Virus record (IMG/VR): IMGVR_UViG_3300020042_010889
Location: 1 to 31,285 of that record
Strand: one strand, 5' to 3'
Length of the DNA stretch: 31,285 bases
Origin: a virus
Taxonomy: Duplodnaviria > Caudoviricetes
The position numbers and the translations under genes are program-made. This document shows, piece by piece, positions 6,842-17,620 of this stretch (positions are counted from its first letter, which is position 1; each line of letters opens with the position of its first letter). A model generated the notes under the pieces. The model was not told where the DNA came from. It was given only the letters and a program-made list of their open reading frames with translations, and searched no databases.

Positions 6842-8244
6842 GCCAAATTACGATACAACAAGCAGCAGCACAACTGACACTTGCCAACTCAGATTTACTT
6901 TGGGAAGTTACCTCAGTATCTTCCTCAGCACCACAATTTCAATATGTGTGTTCCTTACAAAGTGGCTGTGGTAGTGTACTTACAACAATAAAACAACAAC
7001 CTAACCCATCAGGTAAAGGTGTATTTAACTTAGGACGTTTAGTAAAACAATACTTAGACTATGATAACTATGCTTTAGATATTGTAAGTGGTGGTGGTTC
7101 ATTTTTTAACAAAAATACCTCAACAGCTAAATTCTTTAAAGTAGCATTTGGTGAGGAATTTGGTACATCATCTACATCATCTGTAGTTAGTTATTCAGGT
7201 GTAGGTAATGCTACTGGTTCGGCCGCTCAAACAGGTTCTATTCCATTTTATTATTTTATTAATGGTACATTAGACCCTAATAGTGGTGATTGGAACTGGG
7301 CTACTGGCTCATACTTTAAATCAGAACCTATTCCAAATACCGGTTCATTTAGTTATAATGTTGCTTTAACAGATGCTCCACGTACACAATATATTCAAGC
7401 TGGAGATTACGCGTCTATAAGCGTTTTAAACGGCAATCTAAATCAAAGCACGTCATCCGGTCAAGATATAGCTTGGGTTGAATATAACGTTTATACTGCG
7501 GGAATAACCGCATCATATTTCTTTGACAACATAGATAATACAAACAATAGATTAAGTGGTGGACCTAGAACAGGTTCAATTACTAATCCATTTCCTGGCA
7601 CAATACAAACTTGTAATTCATCATTACGACCATTCCAAACATCAGGTAGTTTATTACTTCATATTGGTGTAGGACCTCAAAACTTACTTGACAATGGTAA
7701 TATTAGTGCTATTACAGGTAGTTGGGACAAATACACTGTTAAATTATATCCTCAAGGAACCTCAAGTGTAAACACAAATGGTGTATGGGATGAATTTACA
7801 TTCTTTAGACAAAATGCTTATTGTGAATATCCAGGCACTAGATTTGCTTTTATTAACAATTATGGTGTTTGGGATTATTTTAACTTTACATTACAAGAAA
7901 ACAAAATCACAGCAATGGAATCTGGTTTGTATAAAAAGAATTTTGTAAATTATTCTACAACCACTAATGCTGTTACCTATGATAAAAAACGTAGGGGTTC
8001 GGATGCTTATTATCTTAATATATCTGAAAATTTCCAAGTATATTCTGATTGGTTAACACAAGCGGAAGCCGATTGGTTAGGACAATTATTTTTCTCACCT
8101 GAGGTAATGATACAAAGTGGAACAGATTGGCTACCAATAATTATAACTGATACTCAATTTGTATCTAAAACAAATCCACGTACACAAAAGAATTTCCAAT
8201 TCGTAGTTAATTATACTTTAGCAAACAATAAACGTAGCAGATAA
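6838..8244 (+). CDS. Virion structural protein, probable distal tail / baseplate component (468 aa)
   Basis: Ser/Thr/Gly-rich. C-terminal FINNYGVWDYFNF and WLGQLFFSPEV motifs. Located in the tail module. Confidence 0.6.
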   Translation: MSQITIQQAAAQLTLANSDLLWEVTSVSSSAPQFQYVCSLQSGCGSVLTTIKQQPNPSGKGVFNLGRLVKQYLDYDNYALDIVSGGGSFFNKNTSTAKFFKVAFGEEFGTSSTSSVVSYSGVGNATGSAAQTGSIPFYYFINGTLDPNSGDWNWATGSYFKSEPIPNTGSFSYNVALTDAPRTQYIQAGDYASISVLNGNLNQSTSSGQDIAWVEYNVYTAGITASYFFDNIDNTNNRLSGGPRTGSITNPFPGTIQTCNSSLRPFQTSGSLLLHIGVGPQNLLDNGNISAITGSWDKYTVKLYPQGTSSVNTNGVWDEFTFFRQNAYCEYPGTRFAFINNYGVWDYFNFTLQENKITAMESGLYKKNFVNYSTTTNAVTYDKKRRGSDAYYLNISENFQVYSDWLTQAEADWLGQLFFSPEVMIQSGTDWLPIIITDTQFVSKTNPRTQKNFQFVVNYTLANNKRSR

Positions 8245-11200
8245 TGAATCAATACTCGGTAGTACTAAGAGCGGTAAATAATGATAATGAAAAATACGAT
8301 TTAGAACTCGTAGATATACCATCGTTTTTACTTGATATTTCAGCTATTGAAGTAGGTGATATAGGTAAAGTGTTTGGTATTTCATCTCAAACATTTACAT
8401 TACCAGGTAACGACATTAACAACCAGTTTTTTAACAACGTATTTGATTTAGGAGCTACACCTGCTGTAGCATTAAATAAATCAGTACCTTGTCAAGTATT
8501 AGTTGATGGTGAGTCAGTATTTACAGGTAAAATGTATATACAAGATGTTATTTCGGATGACTGGAATAATGTAATATACAATTGTGCTGTAACAAACGAA
8601 ACAGTTGATTTTAGAGTATTAACTGAAAATCAAGGTTTAGCTGATTTAAACTGGGCAGCATATTCTCATTCATACACTTATGCCTCAATTTCACAATCAT
8701 GGAATGACCAATTATTTTCAGGTTCAATATTTTATCCATTAGTTAATTATGGTGCTAATCCATTAGACTCTAACTCACCTGGTTTTGAGTTTGGTGGTGC
8801 CAAATATCAAATGGATAACCCAACTACACCTTTAAAGGTATCTCAATTTAAACCTGTAATTCAAACTAAAACTATTGTTGATGAAATATTCAAGAAGATA
8901 AATTACAAATATACTTCATCGTTTATGGATTCAACGTTTTTTAAGAATTTATATTTTGTAAATTCAGTTGATGATAAAGATGGTATTTCGTTTGTTAATC
9001 CATTATCTGGTTCTTACGTTTTTTCAACAACCCCAAGAAGTGGATTCTCAGGATTTACAACTTTGACTCCTGGTAAATTAGTTTTTGACCAAAAAGTTTA
9101 TGATTCAGGAAATAATTTTAATTTAGCAAGTGATGTTTATACAGCAAGTTTTACTGGTAATCACATTGTTCAAGTTAATATTCCTTATACTGTAACAAAC
9201 ACAACTACAATTGCTTCACCTTGGTTTAGACAGTTAATTATATATGTTTCTAAAGCAAATAACGTAGCTTCAGCAAACGTAATTCACACCTGTAAAATAC
9301 CATTAACATCAAATGGTCCATTCACTAAAACAGTATCAGGTGTAGCAAATACAGGTAATATATCTGTAAATTTAACTGCTGGAGAAAAATTATTTTTTTG
9401 GTTTGCATTTCAAAATGGTGCCGCAAACAAAATTGACTTCTTTGATTTTAATCCTTCAGGACAAAATGGAGTATATCTAAAAGTCAGTACACCTCAAAAC
9501 CCTGTAGGTGGTACTGTTGAAGTAGGTAAAATGTTTGGTGATGTTAAAACACTAGACTTTATGAAAGGTTTAATTGAGAAATTTAATCTAGTAATTGAAC
9601 CTGAAGCAGACAAACCTAATGTTTTACGTATTGAACCATATAACGATTGGATTAATTTAGGTAGAACAGTTGACTGGACATCTAAAGTAGATAGGAGTGT
9701 AAAATATAAAGTAGAACATCCAATATCTAAATTACCTAAAACATACAAATTCAGTGATGACACTGATGATGATATGTTAAACAAATACCATGATGCAACC
9801 TACGGGAAAACTTATGGTGAATTTACTTATCAAACAGATAGTGATTTAGCTGATGGTGAGAAAAAAATTGGTGGGTTTTTTGCCGCTACACCTGTTAAAG
9901 GATTACCTACAAAAGGTAATAACGGTTCAGTAGTTGTACCTTGGTTAGTAAAACAAGAACAAGGTAAATACGCTCAACCATATAATTTTAAACCAAGATT
10001 ATTACATAAACAACCTGTTAAAACTATACCAAGCAATGAAATGTATGGTAAAGCCACAGGTTCATTTGTAGTACCTACTGGCTCAACATTTTATTATATT
10101 GATGACCCTCAAAACGGTGGTGTTAGAGCATTATCTTATTATAGAACTGTTTTAGCAACAACTGATTCCCCTACTGATTTTACTTCATCTTTAGATTTAC
10201 ATTTCCAAAATATAGGATATTATCCTTTCCAACAATCGGTAGTAAACGGGCAGTGTAAAGATGGTGTATATAATAGATTCTGGGCGTTTTACATCAACTC
10301 ATTATATGACATTGATGCGCGTTTATTAACGTGTAATATCGTGTTAAACCCTGATGACATCAAGAGCATTAGACTAAATGATAAGATTTTTATAGACGGT
10401 CATTTATATAGAATTAATAAAATATCAGGTGCTAACTTAGTTCAACAACAATCAATACCAGTTGAATTAATTAAAATATTACCTCGTACTCAACCTTTTA
10501 CAGGTAGAAGACGAGTACCTACTGGAATTGGAACATTAGGACAACAAGATACTATTGATGTAATTGTTGGAGATTATAGTGATAATGGTGCTGTATCTTA
10601 TGTTAGATACGATGATAATACTCCTATTACAAGTTCACAAGTATTAGAATATGTTTCTGCCTTAGATGGTTATGAATCATTTGGTGAGGTTGTTGCTTGG
10701 AATAATGCTCAACCTACAAACTTTAATCCTAATATTTTTGTTTTAGGCAATACCAAATACAATGAAACACATAACAATGTGATGGTTGTAGGTTCAGGTG
10801 TTACAATACCTGATAACTTAGCTAATTCACAAATTTTTGGTAATAACGTTACCATTGATAGTATATTCAACGAAACATCTTACGATACAAGTTCACTTGA
10901 GGCAACAGGTTCAGTAACATCAGCATCCGCTCAACCATTTGAGGGTATGATGATTATAGCAAATGATGCTACTATAACCGATTCTACACGTTTAGTATTA
11001 ATTCAACCTTCAGGTTCACGAATTATATCGGGTTCAGTAGATAACGTTATTATAAACCCTATAAATGATATTAATGAAACTGATCCTACAGGTTCAGTAT
11101 ATACAGGTAATTTAATTAACCAAGGTACTGCTGATTTTAAACAAAGTGCTAAAGTAACAGGTTCAATTGATATTACAGGACAATACTTAGTTAATGGTGT

Positions 11201-11627
11201 TCCTATTTCAAGTTCATTTATTGATACAGGTTCATTTGTAACTACTTCATCATTTAATTCATTTACAAGCTCAATTAATGCTTATACAGCATCTAATCCT
11301 GCTCCAACTAAATTTAATTTTGGTTTTGGTACTGACCCTACAAACGTAGTATTTTTAACAATTACAAATGCTACAGGTGATAATAGATCAAGTACTATTA
11401 ACTATCAATTAACTTCAGGTTCAATTTCAATAAATGGAGGACAATTACAAGTAACAGGTGATGGTTCAACAGTGGCTGCTGTTTATAAAGTAAGCGAAGC
11501 CAATTTATCAGGAGCACCTACGGCATCATTTAGTGCTATATATGCCACAGCAACTGATATAGATGTAAGAGCAACATTCGTAGGAGCCAATTATGTAATA
11601 TCTGGTTCTTACAAACGATTAATTTAA
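8244..11627 (+). CDS. Large tail tip / hub protein (1127 aa)
   Basis: N-terminal SQTFTLPG...N and YPLVNYG motifs, central FMKGLIEKFNL, beta-rich C-terminus. Adjacent to the tape measure gene. Confidence 0.65.
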   Translation: MNQYSVVLRAVNNDNEKYDLELVDIPSFLLDISAIEVGDIGKVFGISSQTFTLPGNDINNQFFNNVFDLGATPAVALNKSVPCQVLVDGESVFTGKMYIQDVISDDWNNVIYNCAVTNETVDFRVLTENQGLADLNWAAYSHSYTYASISQSWNDQLFSGSIFYPLVNYGANPLDSNSPGFEFGGAKYQMDNPTTPLKVSQFKPVIQTKTIVDEIFKKINYKYTSSFMDSTFFKNLYFVNSVDDKDGISFVNPLSGSYVFSTTPRSGFSGFTTLTPGKLVFDQKVYDSGNNFNLASDVYTASFTGNHIVQVNIPYTVTNTTTIASPWFRQLIIYVSKANNVASANVIHTCKIPLTSNGPFTKTVSGVANTGNISVNLTAGEKLFFWFAFQNGAANKIDFFDFNPSGQNGVYLKVSTPQNPVGGTVEVGKMFGDVKTLDFMKGLIEKFNLVIEPEADKPNVLRIEPYNDWINLGRTVDWTSKVDRSVKYKVEHPISKLPKTYKFSDDTDDDMLNKYHDATYGKTYGEFTYQTDSDLADGEKKIGGFFAATPVKGLPTKGNNGSVVVPWLVKQEQGKYAQPYNFKPRLLHKQPVKTIPSNEMYGKATGSFVVPTGSTFYYIDDPQNGGVRALSYYRTVLATTDSPTDFTSSLDLHFQNIGYYPFQQSVVNGQCKDGVYNRFWAFYINSLYDIDARLLTCNIVLNPDDIKSIRLNDKIFIDGHLYRINKISGANLVQQQSIPVELIKILPRTQPFTGRRRVPTGIGTLGQQDTIDVIVGDYSDNGAVSYVRYDDNTPITSSQVLEYVSALDGYESFGEVVAWNNAQPTNFNPNIFVLGNTKYNETHNNVMVVGSGVTIPDNLANSQIFGNNVTIDSIFNETSYDTSSLEATGSVTSASAQPFEGMMIIANDATITDSTRLVLIQPSGSRIISGSVDNVIINPINDINETDPTGSVYTGNLINQGTADFKQSAKVTGSIDITGQYLVNGVPISSSFIDTGSFVTTSSFNSFTSSINAYTASNPAPTKFNFGFGTDPTNVVFLTITNATGDNRSSTINYQLTSGSISINGGQLQVTGDGSTVAAVYKVSEANLSGAPTASFSAIYATATDIDVRATFVGANYVISGSYKRLI

Positions 11628-11650
11628 AATAAAATATTTATAACAAAGCC

Positions 11651-14008
11651 ATGAGCGTTAAAAACGTAAAAGTAAATATAGACATTAATAACAACCTAAA
11701 ATCCGTAGAGGATTTAAAGTTAGAATTAAGGGCATTAGAAACAGAATTTGAAACTGTCTCTGTTGGTTCTGATAGATTTAGGGAATTAGGTAACCAGATA
11801 AAGAAAACTCGTTCACAATTAAAAGACATTGACTTACAATTTGAGGGTTTAGATAAAGAACAACGTGCTACTGCCTTAGTTGATACATTTAATGGTTTAA
11901 CAGGAGCAGTAGGTGCTGTATCATCTGCTTTTATAGCATTTGGTAGTGAATCTAAAGCAATCGAGGATGCTGAAAAGAAATTATTAGGTGTTATTGGTGT
12001 TGTTTCAGGTTTAAGAGATGTATCTAATTCATTAGTAGCGGCTAATAAATTATTAGGACCTACATTTGAGGGTATTGGTACATCAATTAAAGGTGCTTTT
12101 ACAACAGCTACAGGTGCTGTAAACGGATTTAGAGTAGCATTAGCAACTATAGGTATTGGTTTAGTTGTTGCTGGTGTAGTAGCATTAGTTGAAAATTTTG
12201 ATAAATTAGTTCCTAAAACAAAAACATTAGCTGATAATTTAGGATACACACAGGAAGAATTAGATAAATTATCAAGTGAAACTGCTAAATCTACTACTGA
12301 GGTAGAATTGTTAAGTAGAACAGTTTTAGATGTTACTAAATCTGAAAAACAAAGACAAGCAGCCCTTGATGAATTAAATGATAAGTACCCTACCTATTTT
12401 GGTAATTTAGTAAAAGATATAAATGATACTGATGCTTTAATTGCCCAAAAGAACAAGTTAATTAATACATTAATCAGGGAAGCTCGTATTAGAGCATCAC
12501 AAGATAAAATTGCTGAAGTTGCTTCTAAAAACATTGGTAAACGAATCCAATTACAAGAACAATTAACTAAAGCAGAAAATGATGTAAATGCGGCTTTAGA
12601 TGCCCAAAGTGCTAATGTAGGAAAATTAGATAAAGGACAAAAACTAAGATTAGCTACAGAAGAAGAATTAGCTAAATTTCAAAATACTGATGATTTTAAG
12701 AAACAAAATCAATTATTTGAGCAACGACTTCAGGCACAAAATAAAGTAGCAGATATTCAAGCTCAACTTAATGCTTTAAATGAACAAGAATTAAAAGATG
12801 CTGCTGTATTTTTAGACATTATTGATAATGAAACAGCCGCTATTGAAAAAAATGGTGGTGCTACTAAAAAAAGAACTGAAATAAAAAAGGAAGCAACTAA
12901 AGAAGATAAAGAAGCTCTTAAAGCAGCTGAGGAATTACGTAAACAACAAGAACAAGCAGCTCAATTAGCAAAAGATAATGCTGATGAGGTAGCAGAAATA
13001 TTATTAACTGCTAGACAAAAAGAAATTGAGGACATTAAAGATGCTAATAAAGAAAAATTTGAATTATTAATTAAAACTTATGGCATTGAAAGTCAGGAGG
13101 TTAAAAACCTAACTATACTTCAAAATAAAGAAATAGCAGACATTAATGCTAAATACGACCAAGAAGAATTAGATAAAACTCAAGAACAAGAGGAAAAGAA
13201 AAAAGATTTAATTAGTAGGATTAATGAGGCAGTTGCTATTTCAGAAGAACAAAAACGTGTATTAGAAAGAGAACAGTTAACTAAATATTATGATGATTTA
13301 ATTGCTGAGGCAACTAAAGCAGGTATTGATATTACTGCTCTTAACAAAGCAAAAAACGATGCTTTATTAAAACAAACTGATGAATTTGTTGAGGAAGATA
13401 AAGAAAAACAAAAGAAATATAGAGAGGAATTAACTGATTTAGTTGTTAACTCTGCTGTCACATTAATTGGTGATTTAAAATCATTAAATCAAATATTTGA
13501 CCAGAATAATAAAGAAGCAGCTAAAAAAGCATTTGAAAGAGAAAAAGCATTATCTATTGTTGAAACTATTTTATCAACTTATTTAGCGGCCTCTAAAGCA
13601 TATGCCTCACAGATTATACCAGGTGATCCTACATCAGTAATTAGAGCACAAATTGCTGCTGGTGTTGCTATTGCTGGTGGTTTAGTTCGTTTAGCAGTTA
13701 TTAAATCACAACAATTTAATGGTGATGAAGGTTCAGATTCAGCTGGAGGTGGTGGTGCTGGAAGTGTTGGTTTTAACTCTAGTGGAGGACAAATACTTAA
13801 TCCATTTGGAACACCTGGTGGAGGAACAAATGTATTACCTCCTAGATTAGCGCCTCCTGGTGGTGGTGGAACTGCTGGAGGAAAAGATACTATACAAGCA
13901 GGACAAGGCCCTGATCAAACTCCAGTTATAAGAGCATATGTATTAGCAGGTGATGTTACTGAAGCTGTTGATGCTGAAGCTAAATTAAACCAAAAACGAC
14001 AATTATAA
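11651..14008 (+). CDS. Tape measure protein (785 aa)
   Basis: Long Ala/Glu/Lys helical coiled-coil with hydrophobic Gly/Ala segments. C-terminal VIRAYVLAGDVT. Preceded by ATATTTAT at 11634-11641. Confidence 0.8.
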   Translation: MSVKNVKVNIDINNNLKSVEDLKLELRALETEFETVSVGSDRFRELGNQIKKTRSQLKDIDLQFEGLDKEQRATALVDTFNGLTGAVGAVSSAFIAFGSESKAIEDAEKKLLGVIGVVSGLRDVSNSLVAANKLLGPTFEGIGTSIKGAFTTATGAVNGFRVALATIGIGLVVAGVVALVENFDKLVPKTKTLADNLGYTQEELDKLSSETAKSTTEVELLSRTVLDVTKSEKQRQAALDELNDKYPTYFGNLVKDINDTDALIAQKNKLINTLIREARIRASQDKIAEVASKNIGKRIQLQEQLTKAENDVNAALDAQSANVGKLDKGQKLRLATEEELAKFQNTDDFKKQNQLFEQRLQAQNKVADIQAQLNALNEQELKDAAVFLDIIDNETAAIEKNGGATKKRTEIKKEATKEDKEALKAAEELRKQQEQAAQLAKDNADEVAEILLTARQKEIEDIKDANKEKFELLIKTYGIESQEVKNLTILQNKEIADINAKYDQEELDKTQEQEEKKKDLISRINEAVAISEEQKRVLEREQLTKYYDDLIAEATKAGIDITALNKAKNDALLKQTDEFVEEDKEKQKKYREELTDLVVNSAVTLIGDLKSLNQIFDQNNKEAAKKAFEREKALSIVETILSTYLAASKAYASQIIPGDPTSVIRAQIAAGVAIAGGLVRLAVIKSQQFNGDEGSDSAGGGGAGSVGFNSSGGQILNPFGTPGGGTNVLPPRLAPPGGGGTAGGKDTIQAGQGPDQTPVIRAYVLAGDVTEAVDAEAKLNQKRQL

Positions 14009-15465
14009 TGAAAATAGTAGAATTAAAAATAGATGATTCAATAATTTCAGGATTCGATGCCACAGCATTAGTTGAATCACCTGCGATAGAAGAAAATTTT
14101 ATTGCGTTCAATAAAGTCAGTATGGCAGAAATGACATATAATGACTATCCACAAGCAGCAGTTGATGCCGCTAAACGTGGTATTGAATTAAATAAAGAAA
14201 ATAACATGAAATGTGCTACCCAAGTGGGTAAAGTAAGAGCTCAACAACTAGTGAACGGAGAGAAACTGTCACTAGATACTATTCAACGTATGCGTTCATT
14301 CTTAATCCGTCAAAAGGGTAATTTTGAATTAGCAACTAAACGTAAAGATTATAATGCTTGTGGATATATCTCATACTTGTTATGGGGTGGAGAAGCAGCA
14401 TTACCTTGGGCTGAAAAGAAATTACGTCAAGCAGGTATTGAATTTTCAGCTTATGCTGTTTACAATAACGAAGGTTTATTAGAATCATATGCTGAGGTAG
14501 GACCTAGAGGTGGAATTAAAGAATCACCTAAAGCACCTAAATCAGATACTAAAAATCCAGATCCTAAAGGTAAAGGAACAGCTAAAGGTGATGCTGGAAC
14601 AACTCGTGGTGCTGAAGTTGATAAAGCAACAGAAGAATCATTACAGAAAAAAGCAGACGAATTTAACGAAAAATATAAAGATAAATTAGGATATGGTGCT
14701 AACATAGGTGCTTTAAAATCCGTTTATCAACGTGGTTTAGGTGCTTATAACACATCTCGTTCGCCATCTGTAGCTGCTGCTGGAGGTGCTAAACAATGGG
14801 CTATGGCACGTGTAAATGCTTATTTATATTTGTTAAAAGAAGGACGTCCACAAAATAAAAAATACACAACCGATTACGATTTATTACCTGCTAAACACCC
14901 TAAAAAAGATGAATTTGATTCAATAATTGAGGATGTAATTAAGGATTATGTAATATCAGAATTATTAGGTTTAGATGAGGAAGACTTTGAAATAAACGTT
15001 AACGCATTACCTAACTTTATTAACGAGGCATCATCAGGTAAAAAACGTAATTTTGCTGCTGAATTAGCTGAAAAGCAAATGTTAGTAGGTCCGCTTATGG
15101 TGCCCAACAAACTTATTCCTCGTAAGGATGAAGAAACAGGTGAGGAATATTCTGTATTTTTCTCTAAGGAAACAATTGAAAAAATTGCCTACAAGATGAT
15201 GACTGATAAGTTATTAGATGCTGTTAATATTGAACACGATGGGGCAAAAAGAGTAAATGATGTTCATTTAGTAGAAACTTGGATTGTTAAAGACCCTGAA
15301 AGAGATAAATCTTTAGCTTACGGATTTACACCTGTTGAAGGAGAGTGGTTTGGTATCTATAAAGTAGGTGACAATCGTGTTTGGAATGAATATATTAAAA
15401 CTGGTAAGGTAAGAGGTTTCTCAATCGAGGGTTACTTTATGAATAATTATTTAACTACGAAGTAA
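14008..15465 (+). CDS. Putative prohead protease (XkdF-like) with inserted domains
   Basis: N-terminal ALVESPAIEENF. C-terminal GPLMVPNKLI, NIEH, VETWIV and GKVRGFSIEG. Upstream of the scaffold and capsid genes. Confidence 0.75.
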   Translation: MKIVELKIDDSIISGFDATALVESPAIEENFIAFNKVSMAEMTYNDYPQAAVDAAKRGIELNKENNMKCATQVGKVRAQQLVNGEKLSLDTIQRMRSFLIRQKGNFELATKRKDYNACGYISYLLWGGEAALPWAEKKLRQAGIEFSAYAVYNNEGLLESYAEVGPRGGIKESPKAPKSDTKNPDPKGKGTAKGDAGTTRGAEVDKATEESLQKKADEFNEKYKDKLGYGANIGALKSVYQRGLGAYNTSRSPSVAAAGGAKQWAMARVNAYLYLLKEGRPQNKKYTTDYDLLPAKHPKKDEFDSIIEDVIKDYVISELLGLDEEDFEINVNALPNFINEASSGKKRNFAAELAEKQMLVGPLMVPNKLIPRKDEETGEEYSVFFSKETIEKIAYKMMTDKLLDAVNIEHDGAKRVNDVHLVETWIVKDPERDKSLAYGFTPVEGEWFGIYKVGDNRVWNEYIKTGKVRGFSIEGYFMNNYLTTK

Positions 15466-15820
15466 AACGTTTTAATACATTTTCACTACGAGTAAGATAT
15501 TGTAAATTAGTATAATGATTATTTAATTTATTATTATCGATATGGTCAACCTCATAACCAACAGGACAAACCCCTATATAACACTCAGCTACAACTTGAT
15601 GAACTCTTCTACCAACATATTTTCCATTAATAAAAAAAGTATATCTAAGATATCCTTCATGATTAGGATGAGGTTTACAAATTTTCCATTTTTCAGGTCT
15701 CCATTTTTGAGTAAGTTTTCCACTTTTACTAAGTCCATTATTAGTGTAAAATCCACCAGATTTACGATAAATAACTCCTTCTTCAGTAATCCAATAATTT
15801 GTATCTCTAAATTGTTTCAT
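15455..15820 (-). CDS. HNH homing endonuclease (start revised to ATG 15820, 121 aa)
   Basis: VHQVVAECYIG...EVDHIDNNKLNNHYTNLQYLTRSEN is an HNH_3-type motif. It has its own promoter immediately upstream. Confidence 0.9.
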   Translation of the reverse strand: MKQFRDTNYWITEEGVIYRKSGGFYTNNGLSKSGKLTQKWRPEKWKICKPHPNHEGYLRYTFFINGKYVGRRVHQVVAECYIGVCPVGYEVDHIDNNKLNNHYTNLQYLTRSENVLKRFTS

Positions 15821-15823
15821 AAC

Positions 15824-15856
15824 GTGAATATAATAAACAATCATTAAAAGTCCAAA
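15824..15856 (-). promoter_or_regulatory. Early-type promoter driving the HNH gene
   Basis: The minus strand reads TTTGG-N19-TATATTCAC-GTT-ATG, with the same spacing as P1, P2 and P4. Confidence 0.65.
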
Positions 15857-15889
15857 TTAAATAAAGATAAACTATAACACCTTTAAAAT

Positions 15890-15897
15890 ATATTTAT
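15890..15897 (+). promoter_or_regulatory. Late-promoter-like ATATTTAT motif for the head operon
   Basis: Intergenic, 17 nt before the scaffold ATG. Confidence 0.55.
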
Positions 15898-15914
15898 AAT
15901 CAAAATAATTAACT

Positions 15915-16616
15915 ATGAACAAAGAACAATTAAAAGAGTTGGTTAAACAACACTTTGGTCTTGTCGATAAAACCCCTGTTATTACTGAGGAAAAATTTGG
16001 AGAAATCTTTGATGAAAACAAAGCTTTTAAAATTGTATTCCCTGGTGATAAATTGAAGGTTGGAGATGAGGTGAAAGTTGTTACCACAGAAGGACAAGAA
16101 TCCTTAGCTCCAGATGGGCTACATAAGCTCGAAGACGGCACTACTATCAAAACTGAAGGTTCTTCAGTGGTTGAAATTATCTCACCTGAGGGTGAAAAAG
16201 AAGAGGAAATGGCTGAAGAAGATGGCTTAGGTATTTTAGAAGACAAAGCTAATAAAGCAGTCGAAGAAGCATTTGCCGCTAAAGAAGATATTTCAGAAGT
16301 TCAAGGAACTGCTCCTCAAAACGCTGTTACTACTACTGATGTTCCAGTATCTACCTTAACAGGTAATGTTGATACAGTAGCAGATGAGGAATTTAAGAAA
16401 GACAAAGAGGAAATGAAGAAAATGAAAGAGGAAATGAAATCTATGAAGGATGAAATGAAAGCTATGAAGGATAAATTCGAAGAATTCATGAAATCACCTG
16501 CTAAAGACAAAACTATGATGTCTGCTGATGTTAAAAAAGATACATTCGCTGGAGATTCATTGAAAGCCAAACAAATGCAAGTTATGGCTGAATTACTTAA
16601 AAACAAAAACAAATAA
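15915..16616 (+). CDS. Capsid scaffold protein
   Basis: Acidic, with an APDGLHKLEDG motif and an EEMK coiled-coil repeat. Directly upstream of the capsid gene. Confidence 0.7.
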   Translation: MNKEQLKELVKQHFGLVDKTPVITEEKFGEIFDENKAFKIVFPGDKLKVGDEVKVVTTEGQESLAPDGLHKLEDGTTIKTEGSSVVEIISPEGEKEEEMAEEDGLGILEDKANKAVEEAFAAKEDISEVQGTAPQNAVTTTDVPVSTLTGNVDTVADEEFKKDKEEMKKMKEEMKSMKDEMKAMKDKFEEFMKSPAKDKTMMSADVKKDTFAGDSLKAKQMQVMAELLKNKNK

Positions 16617-16639
16617 CCCAAAACTAAAACAATAAAATT

Positions 16640-17581
16640 ATGTCATTAAACGTATCCGCTCTATCCGATTTCAACAACCAGATTGCTGGTGAGTTGATTA
16701 TCAAGATGGTTTATGCTGGTTCAACTATGGAATATATTACCATTCAAGAAGGTGTAAAATTCCAAGAGCCAATTAACCTATTCGAAGTTAGCCTTTACAT
16801 GCAAAACGGTACCTGTGTATCTAGTGCCTCTGGTTCAGCTACCTTTACTCAACGTACTATCGAAGTATGTCCTCGTACATCATTCGATGCTTTATGTTTG
16901 AAAGACCTCGACAAGAAATACTTAGGTATCTCTGCTTTAGCTCCAGGTTCTTACAACGAAACTTTCGCTTTAGCTACTCAGTACAGCGAATTGTTAGTAA
17001 ACCAATTCCAGAAAGCTAACGACCAATTCCTTTGGGCTCAAGTTTCTGGTTCAAATTCTGCTTTCGGTGGAACTTGTGCTGTAAACGGTTTGGCTACTAC
17101 TATCAGTTCTTCTACTTCTGGTGTAGTTAAATTCCCATTCAACTCTGCTTCAGGTTCATCTGCTAACATTTTGGCCTCTATGGACGGAATGATTGCTACC
17201 TCAAGTGCTGATGTTGCTGACCGCGAAGATTTAACTTTCTTCATGTCAGTTACTTTATTCCGCAACTACTTGACTGCTTTGCGTTTGGCTAACAACTTCT
17301 ATTTTGATCCTGCTTCTGTAACTAACCGTCCTGGTTTATACGAAATGAAATACCCATTCCAACCTAACGTAACCGTAGTAGGTACAATTGGTTTACAAGG
17401 TTTTACTCGTATGTTCTTCGGTCCTGCTAAGCAGATCGTAGCTGGTACAGATTTGTTGAGTGACTTCACTGAATTCCAGTTGTGGTACGATATCAACACT
17501 GATACCTTACGTCACCGTATTTCAACCAAGTTAGGTGTTAACATCGCTTATCCTGAATTCTGGGTTAGTGCTGAAGCTTAA
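16640..17581 (+). CDS. Major capsid protein
   Basis: 313 aa, after protease and scaffold. Strong high-expression codon bias (TTC, AAC, ATC, CGT). GTDLLSD motif near the C-terminus. Confidence 0.8.
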   Translation: MSLNVSALSDFNNQIAGELIIKMVYAGSTMEYITIQEGVKFQEPINLFEVSLYMQNGTCVSSASGSATFTQRTIEVCPRTSFDALCLKDLDKKYLGISALAPGSYNETFALATQYSELLVNQFQKANDQFLWAQVSGSNSAFGGTCAVNGLATTISSSTSGVVKFPFNSASGSSANILASMDGMIATSSADVADREDLTFFMSVTLFRNYLTALRLANNFYFDPASVTNRPGLYEMKYPFQPNVTVVGTIGLQGFTRMFFGPAKQIVAGTDLLSDFTEFQLWYDINTDTLRHRISTKLGVNIAYPEFWVSAEA

Positions 17582-17620
17582 TCAATTGTTTAACCATTTA
17601 AAAACAGATAAAATATAATT

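Noticed and set aside
11638-12249. 203-aa minus-strand ORF
   Set aside because: Shadow of the tape measure gene, explained by codon bias on the opposite strand.
15821-15844. ORF-track start of the HNH gene at 15844
   Set aside because: This start lies inside the gene's own promoter motif. ATG at 15820 fits the pattern of the other near-leaderless genes.
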